Numbered from the stretch's first letter, positions 1-9,688 are shown. The stretch: 64,000 nucleotides of DNA from Candidatus Poseidoniaceae archaeon (GCA_949372875.1 CASIAW010000007.1:24736-88735), one strand, 5' to 3'. Notes: a model not told the origin generated them from the letters alone. Numbers and translations are program-made.

Positions 1-2
1 CT

Positions 3-647
3 GCAGGTATTATGGAATTCACATACGATGAAACCAACAACATGTGGTATTCGAAAGATGACGGATGCAGTGACATTGGAAGCATTACCTTCATTCTCAA
101 CAAGACTGAAAACGGAGCACTACCAGATGCACAAGATGATGACTGGACATGGGAAGAAGAAGAAATGAACATGTTCCCAATCTGCAGTTGGCATTACTCA
201 GTTACCCTCGCAAACGGCTCCATGATGGAAGATCAATGGATGGATGAAGCACCTGAAAGCGGCGATTACGAAATCGTTCTCATCGATGATGCTGCTTACG
301 AAATCTTTGTTTCTTGCTGGGACCCAGAAGGCGGTAAGATGGTCGTTGAAGTAACTAACCCGCTCGGCGTGAACAGCTCAAACACCAGTATTGGAGAAGC
401 AATGGGACACGTCTCATTCAAACTCCCGGCTGGAACTGGTGGTAATGTTACCTTTGACGTCACATGGACTGATGGTTACCATACTGAAAGTGGAACTTTG
501 ACTGTGTTCGCAACTGGAAACGGAACTGTTGACCTTTCTGATGTTGAAACGGAAGGCGAAGGAGTTCTTCCAGGATTCACAGTAGGATTGGGCGTTATTG
601 CAATGCTCGGTGCTGCAATGATTGCTGGCCGACGAAACAACGCTTGA
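3..647 (+). CDS. 5'-partial secreted surface protein with C-terminal PGF-CTERM archaeosortase sorting signal. The frame is open to the window edge.
   Basis: The ORF ends in the PGF-CTERM tripartite signal ...LPGFTVGLGVIAMLGAAMIAGRRNNA. The sequence is acidic with N-glycosylation sequons (NxS/T). There is no stop codon between base 3 and the first ATG at 12, so the N-terminus probably lies outside the window. Confidence 0.6.
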   Translation, partial: AGIMEFTYDETNNMWYSKDDGCSDIGSITFILNKTENGALPDAQDDDWTWEEEEMNMFPICSWHYSVTLANGSMMEDQWMDEAPESGDYEIVLIDDAAYEIFVSCWDPEGGKMVVEVTNPLGVNSSNTSIGEAMGHVSFKLPAGTGGNVTFDVTWTDGYHTESGTLTVFATGNGTVDLSDVETEGEGVLPGFTVGLGVIAMLGAAMIAGRRNNA

Positions 648-664
648 ATTCAAACTGAATTCAA

Positions 665-682
665 AGGCGGGGAAATCCGCCT
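665..682. terminator. Short GC hairpin (AGGCGG-ggaaat-CCGCCT) between convergent ORFs
   Basis: A perfect 6-bp inverted repeat sits 18 nt after the stop of the 3..647 gene and just past the 3' end of the minus-strand small ORF. No clear T-tract follows, so a terminator role is uncertain. Confidence 0.25.
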
Positions 683-694
683 GACCTGACCAAG

Positions 695-889
695 TCATAC
701 GGTGACGAATCGGAAGAGTACCTTCGATACTGCGCTGAGCATGAGAACGATCATGAACGAGCCGAGAGCCCAACGGGCCCACGGCCTGTCTGGTTTCTCT
801 GCTGGCCAAGGGTCAATTCCAAGTGCCTCTGCTTCACGAACAATTGCTGCTAATTCTTGCAGTTCTTCTTCAACTGATTGCGCCGCCAT
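695..889 (-). CDS. Candidate small (64 aa) tail-anchored membrane protein
   Basis: The ORF lies in an intergenic gap and has an acidic helical N-terminus followed by one C-terminal TM helix (ALGSFMIVLMLSAVSKVLFRFV). Its codon usage resembles neighbouring genes. No homology is recognised. Confidence 0.25.
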   Translation of the reverse strand: MAAQSVEEELQELAAIVREAEALGIDPWPAEKPDRPWARWALGSFMIVLMLSAVSKVLFRFVTV

Positions 890-981
890 GCCCTATGGTA
901 ATGAACGGCGCTACATGATATTCACGCTTGAGCAGCAGTGTACAAACAAAGCCTTGAAACCCACGGCGTACAGCGAAATGC

Positions 982-2499
982 ATGAGTGAAGTTCCCGATG
1001 GCGTATCTCTCGGTTCATTCGAGCGGCGGCCACCCCGGCCTACCGCCACCATGACCATGACTCGTGACGGCCCTGAAGGCGTTGAAGTTCTGCTTGGTCT
1101 TCGCTCTGAAACAATGGCTGCATTCCCAGGTTACTGGGCATTTCCAGGTGGGGGATTGTCTCGTGTTGATACTGCTGCGGTTGAAGCGTTGGAAGGTTTT
1201 GAAGGCCCTGAAGCAAAAGCAACTGCATGTATTCTTCGTGAAATGAGTGAAGAATTAGGTTTAGCTCCTTCAGAGAAAGGTTTAGTCGCACTTCCCATCG
1301 AGGCGCGGAAACAGATTATTGCTGACAAAAGTCAATATTTACCGCTTGCATTACAAGGAGAGTTCCCGTACGACACCCATTCTTTGAAGGTTTTAAGTCA
1401 CCGAATAACACCTCCTTTTGGCCCCATTCAGTTTGATAATGCGTTCATGCACTTCCATGCGGGTCCGAAAGAAAATGTTCCGGAAATCGACCTCGAACCA
1501 CAAACTGAATTCACACAGATTATGTGGGATACGCCAAGTAGTATTCTTCTACGCTGGTCTCAGCATGAAATCAAGGTCGCCCCGCCCGTTGTCACACTTC
1601 TTATGGAAATTGAAAGAACACTCCACCGTAAAGAGCGAGATATGATCAAAGCCGCTCAAGATATTAGTGAGCGCTTACCCAATCGTCGCTCAATATTATT
1701 CGCTCATGGGGTCGAAGTCGTTCCAGTCAAAACGGCTACTTTACCTCCAGCCGACCACACAAATTGCTATCTTGTAGGTGATCCAGAAGGAGAATTTATT
1801 CTGGTTGACCCTGCATCTCATCTCCGTGAAGGAATGGAAGATATGGCCAAGGCTGTAGGGCGTCACAAGGGTGAACTCATCGCGATGATGTTTACACATT
1901 CACATGGGGACCATGTTGGCGACATTGGTTTGCTGCGAGAGGCGTTTGACGTTCCGATTTGGGGGAGTGAATATACCGCTCGTAGTGTTCAATGTGACCG
2001 TATTCTTGAAGACGGTGAACAACTCAAACTCGGCAATCAAACCTGGGAGGTTTTGATTACACCCGGTCACCATCCGGGCCACATCTGCTTACTCGGTGAA
2101 GCAGGGCTTATCGCTGGCGACATGGTTGCTGGAATCGGAACGATATTGATACCACCTCATACCGGGGATATGAACATCTACATGGAACAACTTGAGCGCT
2201 TGAAAAACCTCAATCCTCATCTCTTGTTTCCAAGTCATGGTCCGGTTATTGCTCTACCAACAAAAAAATTCAATCAGTATCTCTCGCATCGTCAAGCACG
2301 ACATCAAGCGGTTTTCAATGCAGTTGAATCAGGGATTGATACTCTTTCAGAGATAACCAGAGCAGCCTATTCAGACACACCGGACGCACACCCTGGACTG
2401 GCTGAAGATCAAACCCTCTCCCACCTCATGTCCTTTCAAAGAGCAGGAACGTTGCATGAAGAGTCTCAAAAATGGTTTATCAAAGGTACCAAACCTTAG
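982..2499 (+). CDS. Nudix hydrolase / metallo-beta-lactamase-fold hydrolase fusion protein. The true start may be ATG 1051.
   Basis: The N-terminal domain carries a Nudix box (GGLSRVD...ACILREMSEELGL, i.e. Gx5Ex7REuxEExGu). The C-terminal domain has the MBL motif HSHGDHVGD plus downstream PGHHPGH and PSHG. Confidence 0.8.
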   Translation: MSEVPDGVSLGSFERRPPRPTATMTMTRDGPEGVEVLLGLRSETMAAFPGYWAFPGGGLSRVDTAAVEALEGFEGPEAKATACILREMSEELGLAPSEKGLVALPIEARKQIIADKSQYLPLALQGEFPYDTHSLKVLSHRITPPFGPIQFDNAFMHFHAGPKENVPEIDLEPQTEFTQIMWDTPSSILLRWSQHEIKVAPPVVTLLMEIERTLHRKERDMIKAAQDISERLPNRRSILFAHGVEVVPVKTATLPPADHTNCYLVGDPEGEFILVDPASHLREGMEDMAKAVGRHKGELIAMMFTHSHGDHVGDIGLLREAFDVPIWGSEYTARSVQCDRILEDGEQLKLGNQTWEVLITPGHHPGHICLLGEAGLIAGDMVAGIGTILIPPHTGDMNIYMEQLERLKNLNPHLLFPSHGPVIALPTKKFNQYLSHRQARHQAVFNAVESGIDTLSEITRAAYSDTPDAHPGLAEDQTLSHLMSFQRAGTLHEESQKWFIKGTKP

Positions 2500-2523
2500 A
2501 ACCCATTTACGGTAGGGCGTTTC

Positions 2524-3543
2524 ATGCCACGAAGGGTTGAGTTTACCAAAGCCGGCGCACCAAACACAATTCGTATTGCAGAAATGCCGATGCCGGAACC
2601 AAAAAACGATGAAGTTCGGGTCAAAGTCTCCTATGCTGGAATTAATTTTGCCGACCTGTTGATGCGTCTTGGGTTCTACCAACCTCGCCCACCATACCCA
2701 TTTACTCCCGGATACGAAGTCAGTGGAGTTATCGATGCGGTTGGAGATGAAAACACGGGGTTCGCCATCGGACAACGCGTCGTAGCAGCTATGTCAACCG
2801 GCGGTCAAGCAAGCCATGTTCTTGTTGACAAGAAACGAGTTCTCGCCTTACCGGATGAAATCGAATTAGAGGTTGCTGCAGCCATGCCTGTAACATATCT
2901 TACCGCTCACCATATGTTGCATCATTTGGGCCATATGGAGAAGGATGATTCTGTATTGATTCATGGTGGTGCAGGTGGCGTTGGAACTGCTGCATTGCAG
3001 TTATGTCAATGGGCAGGGGTGACCAAAGTGTGGGCAACTGCTTCAGGTTCGAAAGCGAACATCATCGAATCCTTTGGAGGCCGAGCCATCGACCGGCACA
3101 ACGAAGATTTTGTTCAAATTATCAAGCAAGAGACTGAAGGGGATGGGGTCGATCATATTCTCGACCCGATTGGAGGTGAACACCTCACTCGTTCTCTGTC
3201 TGCCCTCAAAGAAGGCGGACGGCTTTACACGTATGGAATGTCAGCAGTCGCACCCACCTCCAAACGCTCAATGCTGCGAAGTTTCCTCGCATGGAGGAAA
3301 ACTCCTGCATTTGACCCGCTCCGCCTTATGAGTCGAAACCGAGGCGTGTTCGGCGTCCATATGGGCACATGGAAAGATGAAGCAGTAATGCAACGTCAGC
3401 TTCACCGTATCTTAGACGGAATGATGAGTGGAGCACTCTCCCCGGTAATCGATTCTGTATTTGATGTTGAGAATGTTGCAGAAGCGCATCAATATCTTCA
3501 TGACGCAAAGAACGTCGGAAAAGTTCTCCTTCGTTTCAAGTGA
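2524..3543 (+). CDS. Zn-dependent alcohol dehydrogenase / NADPH:quinone oxidoreductase family (MDR superfamily)
   Basis: The N-terminus resembles the GroES-like domain. The protein has the Rossmann motif HGGAGGVGTAALQL and a length of 339 aa, which is typical of Qor-like enzymes. Confidence 0.85.
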   Translation: MPRRVEFTKAGAPNTIRIAEMPMPEPKNDEVRVKVSYAGINFADLLMRLGFYQPRPPYPFTPGYEVSGVIDAVGDENTGFAIGQRVVAAMSTGGQASHVLVDKKRVLALPDEIELEVAAAMPVTYLTAHHMLHHLGHMEKDDSVLIHGGAGGVGTAALQLCQWAGVTKVWATASGSKANIIESFGGRAIDRHNEDFVQIIKQETEGDGVDHILDPIGGEHLTRSLSALKEGGRLYTYGMSAVAPTSKRSMLRSFLAWRKTPAFDPLRLMSRNRGVFGVHMGTWKDEAVMQRQLHRILDGMMSGALSPVIDSVFDVENVAEAHQYLHDAKNVGKVLLRFK

Positions 3544-3588
3544 GGATTCAAGAAGCGTCGATGACAGGTCAGTAAGGAGGCGGGGTGC

Positions 3589-5763
3589 ATGAAAGCGACA
3601 ATGTCAGGCTTTGATTTGCGAGCAGTTGCACGTGAATTGAATGAGTACTCTGGCGCTTACGTCAAGAAGGCATACATGCCACACTACGAGCAAATCGTAC
3701 TCCGCATCAATCCAAAGGACATTGACCAATTTGATTTGGTCCTGGTTCGGGGCGCTCGAATCTACACTTCGAACAGAGACCGGCCGATGCCTATGACGCC
3801 CCCCCCGTTTGCCATGGTGCTCCGAAAACATCTGAAAAATGCTCGAATGACGGGCGTTCATCAACTTGGATTCGACAGAGTGTTGTGCTTTGACTTTGAC
3901 ACGAAATTCGGCCAATACCACCTCTATGTCGAAGTTTTTCGTGATGGAAATATTATTCTCACCGATGAAAAGAACATCATCATTCAGCCCTTAACACACG
4001 CCTCTTATGCTGGTCGAACATTGAAAAAAGGAGTTGAATATCAACCACCACCTCCAGCAATGGACCCTCATGAGATAAAAATGGAACATTTGGTTGAAAT
4101 GTTTGAAACTTCAGATCGAGACCTCGTATCCACACTCGGTGGCAAAGTCAATCTTGGTGGTACTCACGCCAATGCTGTCTGTGCTCTGGCTGGAATGGAA
4201 GCGAACATCGACACACAAGAAGCAGATGCGCAAAAAATACACACGGCATTACAGTCGCTTCTTACCGATTTAGCAGAGAGCAAAGAAGGATTTTTACTTC
4301 TCAAGCCCGACCAAAAAAATACCACTGAATCTCTTGAAACTCAAGCCTCAAAACATGAACCAAATGGAAAAAGAGACCGCTTCTTTGAACAATTTGCTTG
4401 TGAAGCAACACCAACTCTTCTGCCGAATCACGAACAATTTGCGAAAGCTACCTTTCCGACTTTATGTCAAGCAGTTGATGCTTGGAAGGGTGCTCACGAT
4501 GCAATGGCACTTGCGCGACGCGAAGCAGAAAAATTGGATATCGCAGCACCAGGCCGAGGTCATTCAACCGATGTCGAACGACTCGAACGACGCCAAGTGC
4601 AGCAGGAAAAAGCATTGAAAGGGTTTTCAGTGAAAATTGAGAAGCAACAAATGCTTGGACACGTCATCCAAAATAACTGGACACATGTCGAAAGTCTTCT
4701 GACCCAAGTTTCAGCAGCCGTAGAAGAAAAAGGCTGGAGTCAAGTGAAAAAAGATGCCAAAGAAATACCTTGGATTCAATCATTAAATCCTGCTCAACGT
4801 AGTTTTGTAACGATATTGCCAAATGAAAACAATGAGCCTAAAGGACCTCAAGCAACGCTTTCTTTAGACGAAACAGTTCATCAAAATGCTCAACGTCACT
4901 TCGAAGCAGCAAGAAAACAGAAGGACAAAACGAAAGGTGCTGTCGAAGCGCTTGAGGAAACGATTCTCTATTTACAGCGTGCCAAAAAGAAAGAAGAAAA
5001 ACAACAAGCAAGTGGAAAACTCAACAAAATCAAGCGAAGTAAGCGATTATGGTTTGAAAACCATCGATGGACTATGCTTAGCGGAGGCCATTTACTGGTT
5101 GGTGGAAAAGACGCTAAAGGCAACGATGCAATTGTCAAAAAGCACCTTTCCGGTTCTGACATGTATCTTCACGCTGACTTACATGGCGCACCGAGTTGTA
5201 GTCTGAGAGCAACACAAGGATTCGCCCCCGACCAGCACAAACCAGCCCACATACCTGAGGATGTTCCCGCCTTTCGATTGGTCGATAAGCTCGGTGATGA
5301 ACGAATCACCGCTGAAAAACTCGAAGAAGCAGCTACATTGGCCTTGTGTTGGAGCCGTGCATGGGCTGGTGGTGGTGCACACGGAACTGTTTACGCAGTC
5401 AAACCTGCCCAAGTATCCAAAACGGCCCAAACGGGAGAATATGTAGGCAAAGGGGCCTTCATTGTTCGAGGACAACGACAATGGTTCAAAGATCTCGATG
5501 TTCAAATCGGCATCGGAATTGTAGCCATTAATGGCGTCCCCTTGCTCATGGGAGGATTGCCGGAAACCATTCGCTCACTGTGCCAGCGCTTTGCAATACT
5601 TCGTCCAGGCATGGTCAAAAAAGAACAACTGGCGAACCGGATTTACAAGAATACGGGTTTAATGACGGATGATGTCCTCGGCGTCTTACCAGGAGCTGCT
5701 GATATCATAGAAGACTTCGGGATTTTTAGCCCTGCGAAGAAAAGTGCTCAAGAAGAAGAGTGA
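3589..5763 (+). CDS. NFACT-family protein (FbpA/Rqc2/NEMF homologue; archaeal ribosome quality-control factor)
   Basis: The N-terminus MSGFDLRAVARELNE...YVKKAY is typical of the NFACT-N domain. There is a central coiled-coil, a DUF814/NFACT-R region (GGKDAKGNDAIVKKHLSGSDMYLHADLHGAPSC) and a C-terminal NFACT-C domain. A Shine-Dalgarno-like AGGAGG lies 10 nt upstream. Confidence 0.8.
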   Translation: MKATMSGFDLRAVARELNEYSGAYVKKAYMPHYEQIVLRINPKDIDQFDLVLVRGARIYTSNRDRPMPMTPPPFAMVLRKHLKNARMTGVHQLGFDRVLCFDFDTKFGQYHLYVEVFRDGNIILTDEKNIIIQPLTHASYAGRTLKKGVEYQPPPPAMDPHEIKMEHLVEMFETSDRDLVSTLGGKVNLGGTHANAVCALAGMEANIDTQEADAQKIHTALQSLLTDLAESKEGFLLLKPDQKNTTESLETQASKHEPNGKRDRFFEQFACEATPTLLPNHEQFAKATFPTLCQAVDAWKGAHDAMALARREAEKLDIAAPGRGHSTDVERLERRQVQQEKALKGFSVKIEKQQMLGHVIQNNWTHVESLLTQVSAAVEEKGWSQVKKDAKEIPWIQSLNPAQRSFVTILPNENNEPKGPQATLSLDETVHQNAQRHFEAARKQKDKTKGAVEALEETILYLQRAKKKEEKQQASGKLNKIKRSKRLWFENHRWTMLSGGHLLVGGKDAKGNDAIVKKHLSGSDMYLHADLHGAPSCSLRATQGFAPDQHKPAHIPEDVPAFRLVDKLGDERITAEKLEEAATLALCWSRAWAGGGAHGTVYAVKPAQVSKTAQTGEYVGKGAFIVRGQRQWFKDLDVQIGIGIVAINGVPLLMGGLPETIRSLCQRFAILRPGMVKKEQLANRIYKNTGLMTDDVLGVLPGAADIIEDFGIFSPAKKSAQEEE

Positions 5764-5777
5764 AGTTCGTTTCACTC

Positions 5778-7412
5778 TCAGTTTCCGCCGCTATTATAGC
5801 CGCCTTTTTTACCGCTGTTTCCGCCTCTCGACTGAGGTTTTTGGCCACCTTGGTAGCCTTTGCTTGAGTTTTTACTTGGTTTGTAATTTTGGCCACGTGC
5901 TTCACCGCGATAGCCACCGCTGCTTCCGCCGCCGGAGTTACTTCTACCGCCACCGCCGCTTCGACCACCGCCGCCGCTTCGACCACCGCCGCCACCGCCA
6001 CGGTATCCACCGCCGCCGCTTCGACCACCGCCGCCGCCTCGACCACCGCCGCCACCGCCACGGTATCCACCGCCGCCGCTTCGACCACCGCCGCCGCCTC
6101 GACCGCCGCCGCCACCGCCACGGTATCCACCGCCGCCGCCTCGACCACCGCCGCCACCGCCACGGTATCCACCGCCGCCGCCTCGACCACCGCCGCCACC
6201 GCCACGGTATCCACCGCCACCGCCACGACCGCCTGAATCGTTCCGATTGGAACGTTGTCGGCGTTCTGCTGCAATATATTCGACTTCAAATTCGGGTAAG
6301 TTTGTAAATTCTGGAGGTTCAAATTCAACTCGGATACCAACTTCTCGTTGGATTTTTCCAAATTGCTTTTTCTGAGGTTTTTGAACCAGTGAGATGACGA
6401 TTCCAGTGGCTCCACCTCGGGCAGTTCGGCCACTACGGTGCTTGTAGGCCTTACCGTTTTCTGGAGGATCGTAATGAATAACACAGTTGACACCCTCTAC
6501 GTCAATACCACGTGCTGCCACATCTGTTGCGATGAGAGCCATACACTCACCATGTTGGAACCGAGACATTGCTGCATCACGTTGGCGTTGAGATAATCCA
6601 CCATGCAGTGTTTCGATAGCCATTCCATCGAATTGCATTTCATCACCAACGCGGTCAACACCATTTCGTGTTCGACAGAAGATAATTGTTCGACCACACT
6701 TTCGAATGATTTCTGAAGAGATTGCCGACTTTTTCGAGTTTGGCATTAACCAGAAGAAATGCGTCATGCTCTCCATTGTAACTTCCTTTGGGCCAACTTC
6801 AATGGTAACAGGGTCGGTTTGGTAGTCGCGAACTAAATCTGCAACTTCATCATCTAAAGTAGCACTGAATAAAATCGTTTGACGGTCCGGTTTACATTTG
6901 TCAAGAATCTTACAAACGGGTTCCATGAAACCCATATCGGCCATTCGGTCCGCCTCGTCAAGGACGACCACGCCAACATCATCCAATGAAACTGCGCCTC
7001 TGTCCATCATATCGATTAATCGGCCAGGACATGCAACAAGAATATCGACACCTCGGTCAAGGGAGCGAAACTGCTTGTTGTATGAACTTCCACCATACAT
7101 AGCGAGAACATACAGTTGAAGTTCGTAAGCAAGCGGATCAAGAACTTTGTAAATCTGTTCAGCCAACTCTCTGGTTGGTGTAAGAATAAGAGATGTAGGA
7201 CGACGAGGTTCTGCTTCTTTTGTTCGAGCAAGTAAAGGTAAACCGAAGGCAAGAGTCTTTCCAGAGCCCGTTGGAGCTCTACAGCAAACATCCCGACCAA
7301 GCATACCGTCTGGAATAGATTCTCGCTGAACTTCAAACGGTTCAAGAATGCCTTGCTTTTTCAAGGTCTCAACCAAAACAGGCTCAATGCCCAAATCTTC
7401 GAACGATACCAT
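5778..7412 (-). CDS. DEAD-box ATP-dependent RNA helicase with a long C-terminal RGG/GGY glycine-rich tail
   Basis: The Q-motif is followed by motif I (APTGSGKTLAFGLP), motif II (VLDEAD), motif III (SAT) and motif VI (HRSGRTARGG). The C-terminal ~150 aa consist of (GGGGGYRGGGGGGR)n repeats. Confidence 0.9.
   Translation of the reverse strand: MVSFEDLGIEPVLVETLKKQGILEPFEVQRESIPDGMLGRDVCCRAPTGSGKTLAFGLPLLARTKEAEPRRPTSLILTPTRELAEQIYKVLDPLAYELQLYVLAMYGGSSYNKQFRSLDRGVDILVACPGRLIDMMDRGAVSLDDVGVVVLDEADRMADMGFMEPVCKILDKCKPDRQTILFSATLDDEVADLVRDYQTDPVTIEVGPKEVTMESMTHFFWLMPNSKKSAISSEIIRKCGRTIIFCRTRNGVDRVGDEMQFDGMAIETLHGGLSQRQRDAAMSRFQHGECMALIATDVAARGIDVEGVNCVIHYDPPENGKAYKHRSGRTARGGATGIVISLVQKPQKKQFGKIQREVGIRVEFEPPEFTNLPEFEVEYIAAERRQRSNRNDSGGRGGGGGYRGGGGGGRGGGGGYRGGGGGGRGGGGGYRGGGGGGRGGGGGRSGGGGYRGGGGGGRGGGGGRSGGGGYRGGGGGGRSGGGGRSGGGGRSNSGGGSSGGYRGEARGQNYKPSKNSSKGYQGGQKPQSRGGNSGKKGGYNSGGN
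5941..6232. repeat. Tandem 60/45-bp GC-rich repeats encoding the Gly/Arg-rich tail of the DEAD-box helicase
   Basis: The unit cggtatccaccgccgccgcttcgaccaccgccgccgcctcgaccaccgccgccaccgcca is repeated about 4-5 times. This produces spurious antisense ORFs. Confidence 0.9.
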
Positions 7413-7499
7413 CAGTCTACCCCATTTGGTGGCCGTTGTCCTGCCCTATTTGATACCCACAGTCGGAAAAACCGTTTTCTTGGGCTCTGAACGGATGCT

Positions 7500-8693
7500 T
7501 CAGGAACGCCGAACAAGCATTGCGACAGCATTACCGCCGCCTAAACAAAGGGTTACGATTCCAGATTGGGCATCACTACGACGCATGACGCCAAGCATGG
7601 TCATTAGGCAACGTGTACCACTTGAGCCGAGTGGGTGACCGATGCTAATTGCACCGCCGTGAAGGTTAAATCGATCTTCTGGAATGTTCAATTCTTGAGC
7701 AACTGCACAAGAAGCAGATGCAAAGGCCTCATTGTGCTCATAGATATCAACATCAAGAACATTCAACTGGTTTCGTTCAAGAAGGGTCTTGACCGCTGGA
7801 ATCGGTGCACTCATCACTCGACCAGGTTCGACTCCGCTGGTGCAATAGTCTTCGATATATGCAATGATTTCCCAGCCTTGTTGTTGAGCATAAGACGCAT
7901 TTGCAATGACGACGGCACTTGCTCCATCATTGAGTGTGCTTGCATTACCTGCAGTTACTTGACCGTCTTTTTGGAACACCGGTCTCAATCCTGAAAGAGA
8001 TTCTGCATCCGTATTTGCACGGATACCCTCATCATGGGACAAGAAAATTGATGCTCCTCGTCTTTGAGGAATCTCAACATCGAAAGTTTCCCAGTCCAAC
8101 CATCCCTTTGCTTGGGCTTCTGCCGCACGTTGATGGCTGCGAGCAGCAAATCGGTCTGATTGTTCTCGAGAGATAGAGCATTCTATGGCAACAGTTTCGC
8201 CGGTATTACCCATGTGTACGTCGTTGTAACCATCCCATAATCCATCATGAATCATTGAATCTACGAGTGTTGAGTTGCCCATTTTAGACCCTTTTCGGTG
8301 GTTCATCAAGAGGTGAGGCGAGTTCGACATGCTCTCCATCCCACCAGCAATAATCACATTGTATTCTCCTGCCCGGATACTGTTCGCAGCAATCATGGCT
8401 GCTTTGAGCGAACTTCCGCATACTTTGTTAATCGTAACACACGGTGTAGTCACAGGCAATCCAGAGCCAAGAGCGACTTGCCGAGCAGGATTTTGTCCAG
8501 AACCAGCCTGTAAAACTTGACCAAAAATGACCTCGTCAACACCGCCTTCAGAAGGTTTGATACCGACTCGTTCACAGACTTCTTTAACGGCAAGAACCCC
8601 CAAATCTACTGCACTCATGCTTGAAAGTGCTCCCATGAACTTGCCTACAGGAGTTCGAGCCACGCCACAAATTGCTACTCTTGGTTGGCTCAT
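7500..8693 (-). CDS. Acetyl-CoA C-acetyltransferase (thiolase II)
   Basis: The N-terminus VAICGVARTPVGKF carries an active-site Cys region (NKVCGSSLKA). The C-terminus has the His/Cys motifs GGAISIGHPLGSSG and CLGGGNAVAM. Confidence 0.9.
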   Translation of the reverse strand: MSQPRVAICGVARTPVGKFMGALSSMSAVDLGVLAVKEVCERVGIKPSEGGVDEVIFGQVLQAGSGQNPARQVALGSGLPVTTPCVTINKVCGSSLKAAMIAANSIRAGEYNVIIAGGMESMSNSPHLLMNHRKGSKMGNSTLVDSMIHDGLWDGYNDVHMGNTGETVAIECSISREQSDRFAARSHQRAAEAQAKGWLDWETFDVEIPQRRGASIFLSHDEGIRANTDAESLSGLRPVFQKDGQVTAGNASTLNDGASAVVIANASYAQQQGWEIIAYIEDYCTSGVEPGRVMSAPIPAVKTLLERNQLNVLDVDIYEHNEAFASASCAVAQELNIPEDRFNLHGGAISIGHPLGSSGTRCLMTMLGVMRRSDAQSGIVTLCLGGGNAVAMLVRRS

Positions 8694-8789
8694 ACCACCC
8701 CTAACCGAATGGTATTCTTCAATGTGCGCGCATCTCTGTTAGGTGAAAGTGAGGAGAAGACTTGATGAAGAGAAGGTGCTGGCGGTAGC

Positions 8790-9614
8790 ATGGCGAAATT
8801 CAAGACCGAGTTTAACACAGACCGAAAGGCGAATGAAATGCGACACGTCGAAGTCGAAATCGACTTCACACCGAATGCACTGGCATCGATTCTTTACCGC
8901 CAAGGAGATACCGTCATTCTCGTTTGCTGTACCAAAGAAGCAAGATTGCCTGGTTGGTTCCCACGAGACTCAACAAAGGGCTGGGTTCATGCAGAATACT
9001 CGTTGCTTCCTGGTTCAACAGATTCCCGCTTCCGTAGAGAACGAAGAGGGGCAAAAGGCCGAACTCAAGAGATTGAACGCCTCATTGCTCGCTCACTTCG
9101 AGCTGCTGTAGACTTGGAAGCACTTGGGCCGGTCGCACTCAATGTCGATTGTGATGTCCTTAACGCAGACGGTGGCACTCGCTGTGCATCCATTACTGCC
9201 GCAAACATTGCTCTACGCCTCGCTGTTCGACGCTTAATCGCTCAAGGTAAGTGCTTACCTTTGGACATGCGACCAACCGAAGACCAGCGCAAAGGCGGTT
9301 GGACCGCACCATCTCTTTCTGACACTGAAAAAGAAAACCACGAGAATGCGGTCATTCCTCATGACTTAGCCGCAATCTCTGTCGGGCTTATCGACGGAGA
9401 TGTCTATCTTGATCTTGACTATGTGCTCGATTCAAATGCTGATGTCGACATGAATGTTGTCAAAACTGCTGATGGAAAATACGTCGAAATACAAGGCACT
9501 GGTGAAGAATCAACCTTCTCGAGTGACGAACTAATCGCACTGCTCGGTAGCGCTGACGGGGGACTTGATGCTCTGTTTGAAGCTCAAAAAGTCATTCTTG
9601 ACGGTATTGAATGA
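8790..9614 (+). CDS. rph: Ribonuclease PH (RNase PH-fold 3'-5' phosphorolytic exoribonuclease) with a ~40-aa C-terminal extension
   Basis: The sequence aligns along its length to bacterial-type RNase PH: RxDGR...GW..AEY.LP.ST..R..RE..GR..EI.RLIARSLRAAVDLEALG...DCDVL.ADGGTR.ASITAA. Confidence 0.8.
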   Translation: MAKFKTEFNTDRKANEMRHVEVEIDFTPNALASILYRQGDTVILVCCTKEARLPGWFPRDSTKGWVHAEYSLLPGSTDSRFRRERRGAKGRTQEIERLIARSLRAAVDLEALGPVALNVDCDVLNADGGTRCASITAANIALRLAVRRLIAQGKCLPLDMRPTEDQRKGGWTAPSLSDTEKENHENAVIPHDLAAISVGLIDGDVYLDLDYVLDSNADVDMNVVKTADGKYVEIQGTGEESTFSSDELIALLGSADGGLDALFEAQKVILDGIE

Positions 9615-9688
9615 GTTCGACACTCTTCAAAGATTCAACATTCATTGGCGAAAGCCTTGATATGGCAGGGGTTATCGCCGAACTGCAC

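Noticed and set aside
1-6. CTGCAG (PstI) at the very first bases as evidence of a cloning junction or vector remnant
   Set aside because: A single 6-bp site cannot be distinguished from chance. No vector sequence follows.
702-989. Plus-strand 95-aa ORF overlapping the Nudix-MBL start
   Set aside because: It has no recognisable features, overlaps the better-supported minus-strand small ORF and the downstream gene start, and is Ser/Ala-rich low complexity.
5726-6493. ORFs 5726..6493(-), 5744..6307(+) and 5889..6236(+), encoding Ala/Val-rich, RRRFDHRR-type or Thr/Ala-rich peptides
   Set aside because: They lie entirely within or antisense to the GC-rich tandem repeat that encodes the Gly-rich tail of the DEAD-box helicase. 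They are frame artefacts of a low-complexity repeat.
8527-9111. ORFs 8527..8742 and 8743..9111 in the thiolase/rph divergent region
   Set aside because: They are antisense to or out of frame with the well-supported thiolase and RNase PH genes, and are Ser/Thr/Arg-rich.
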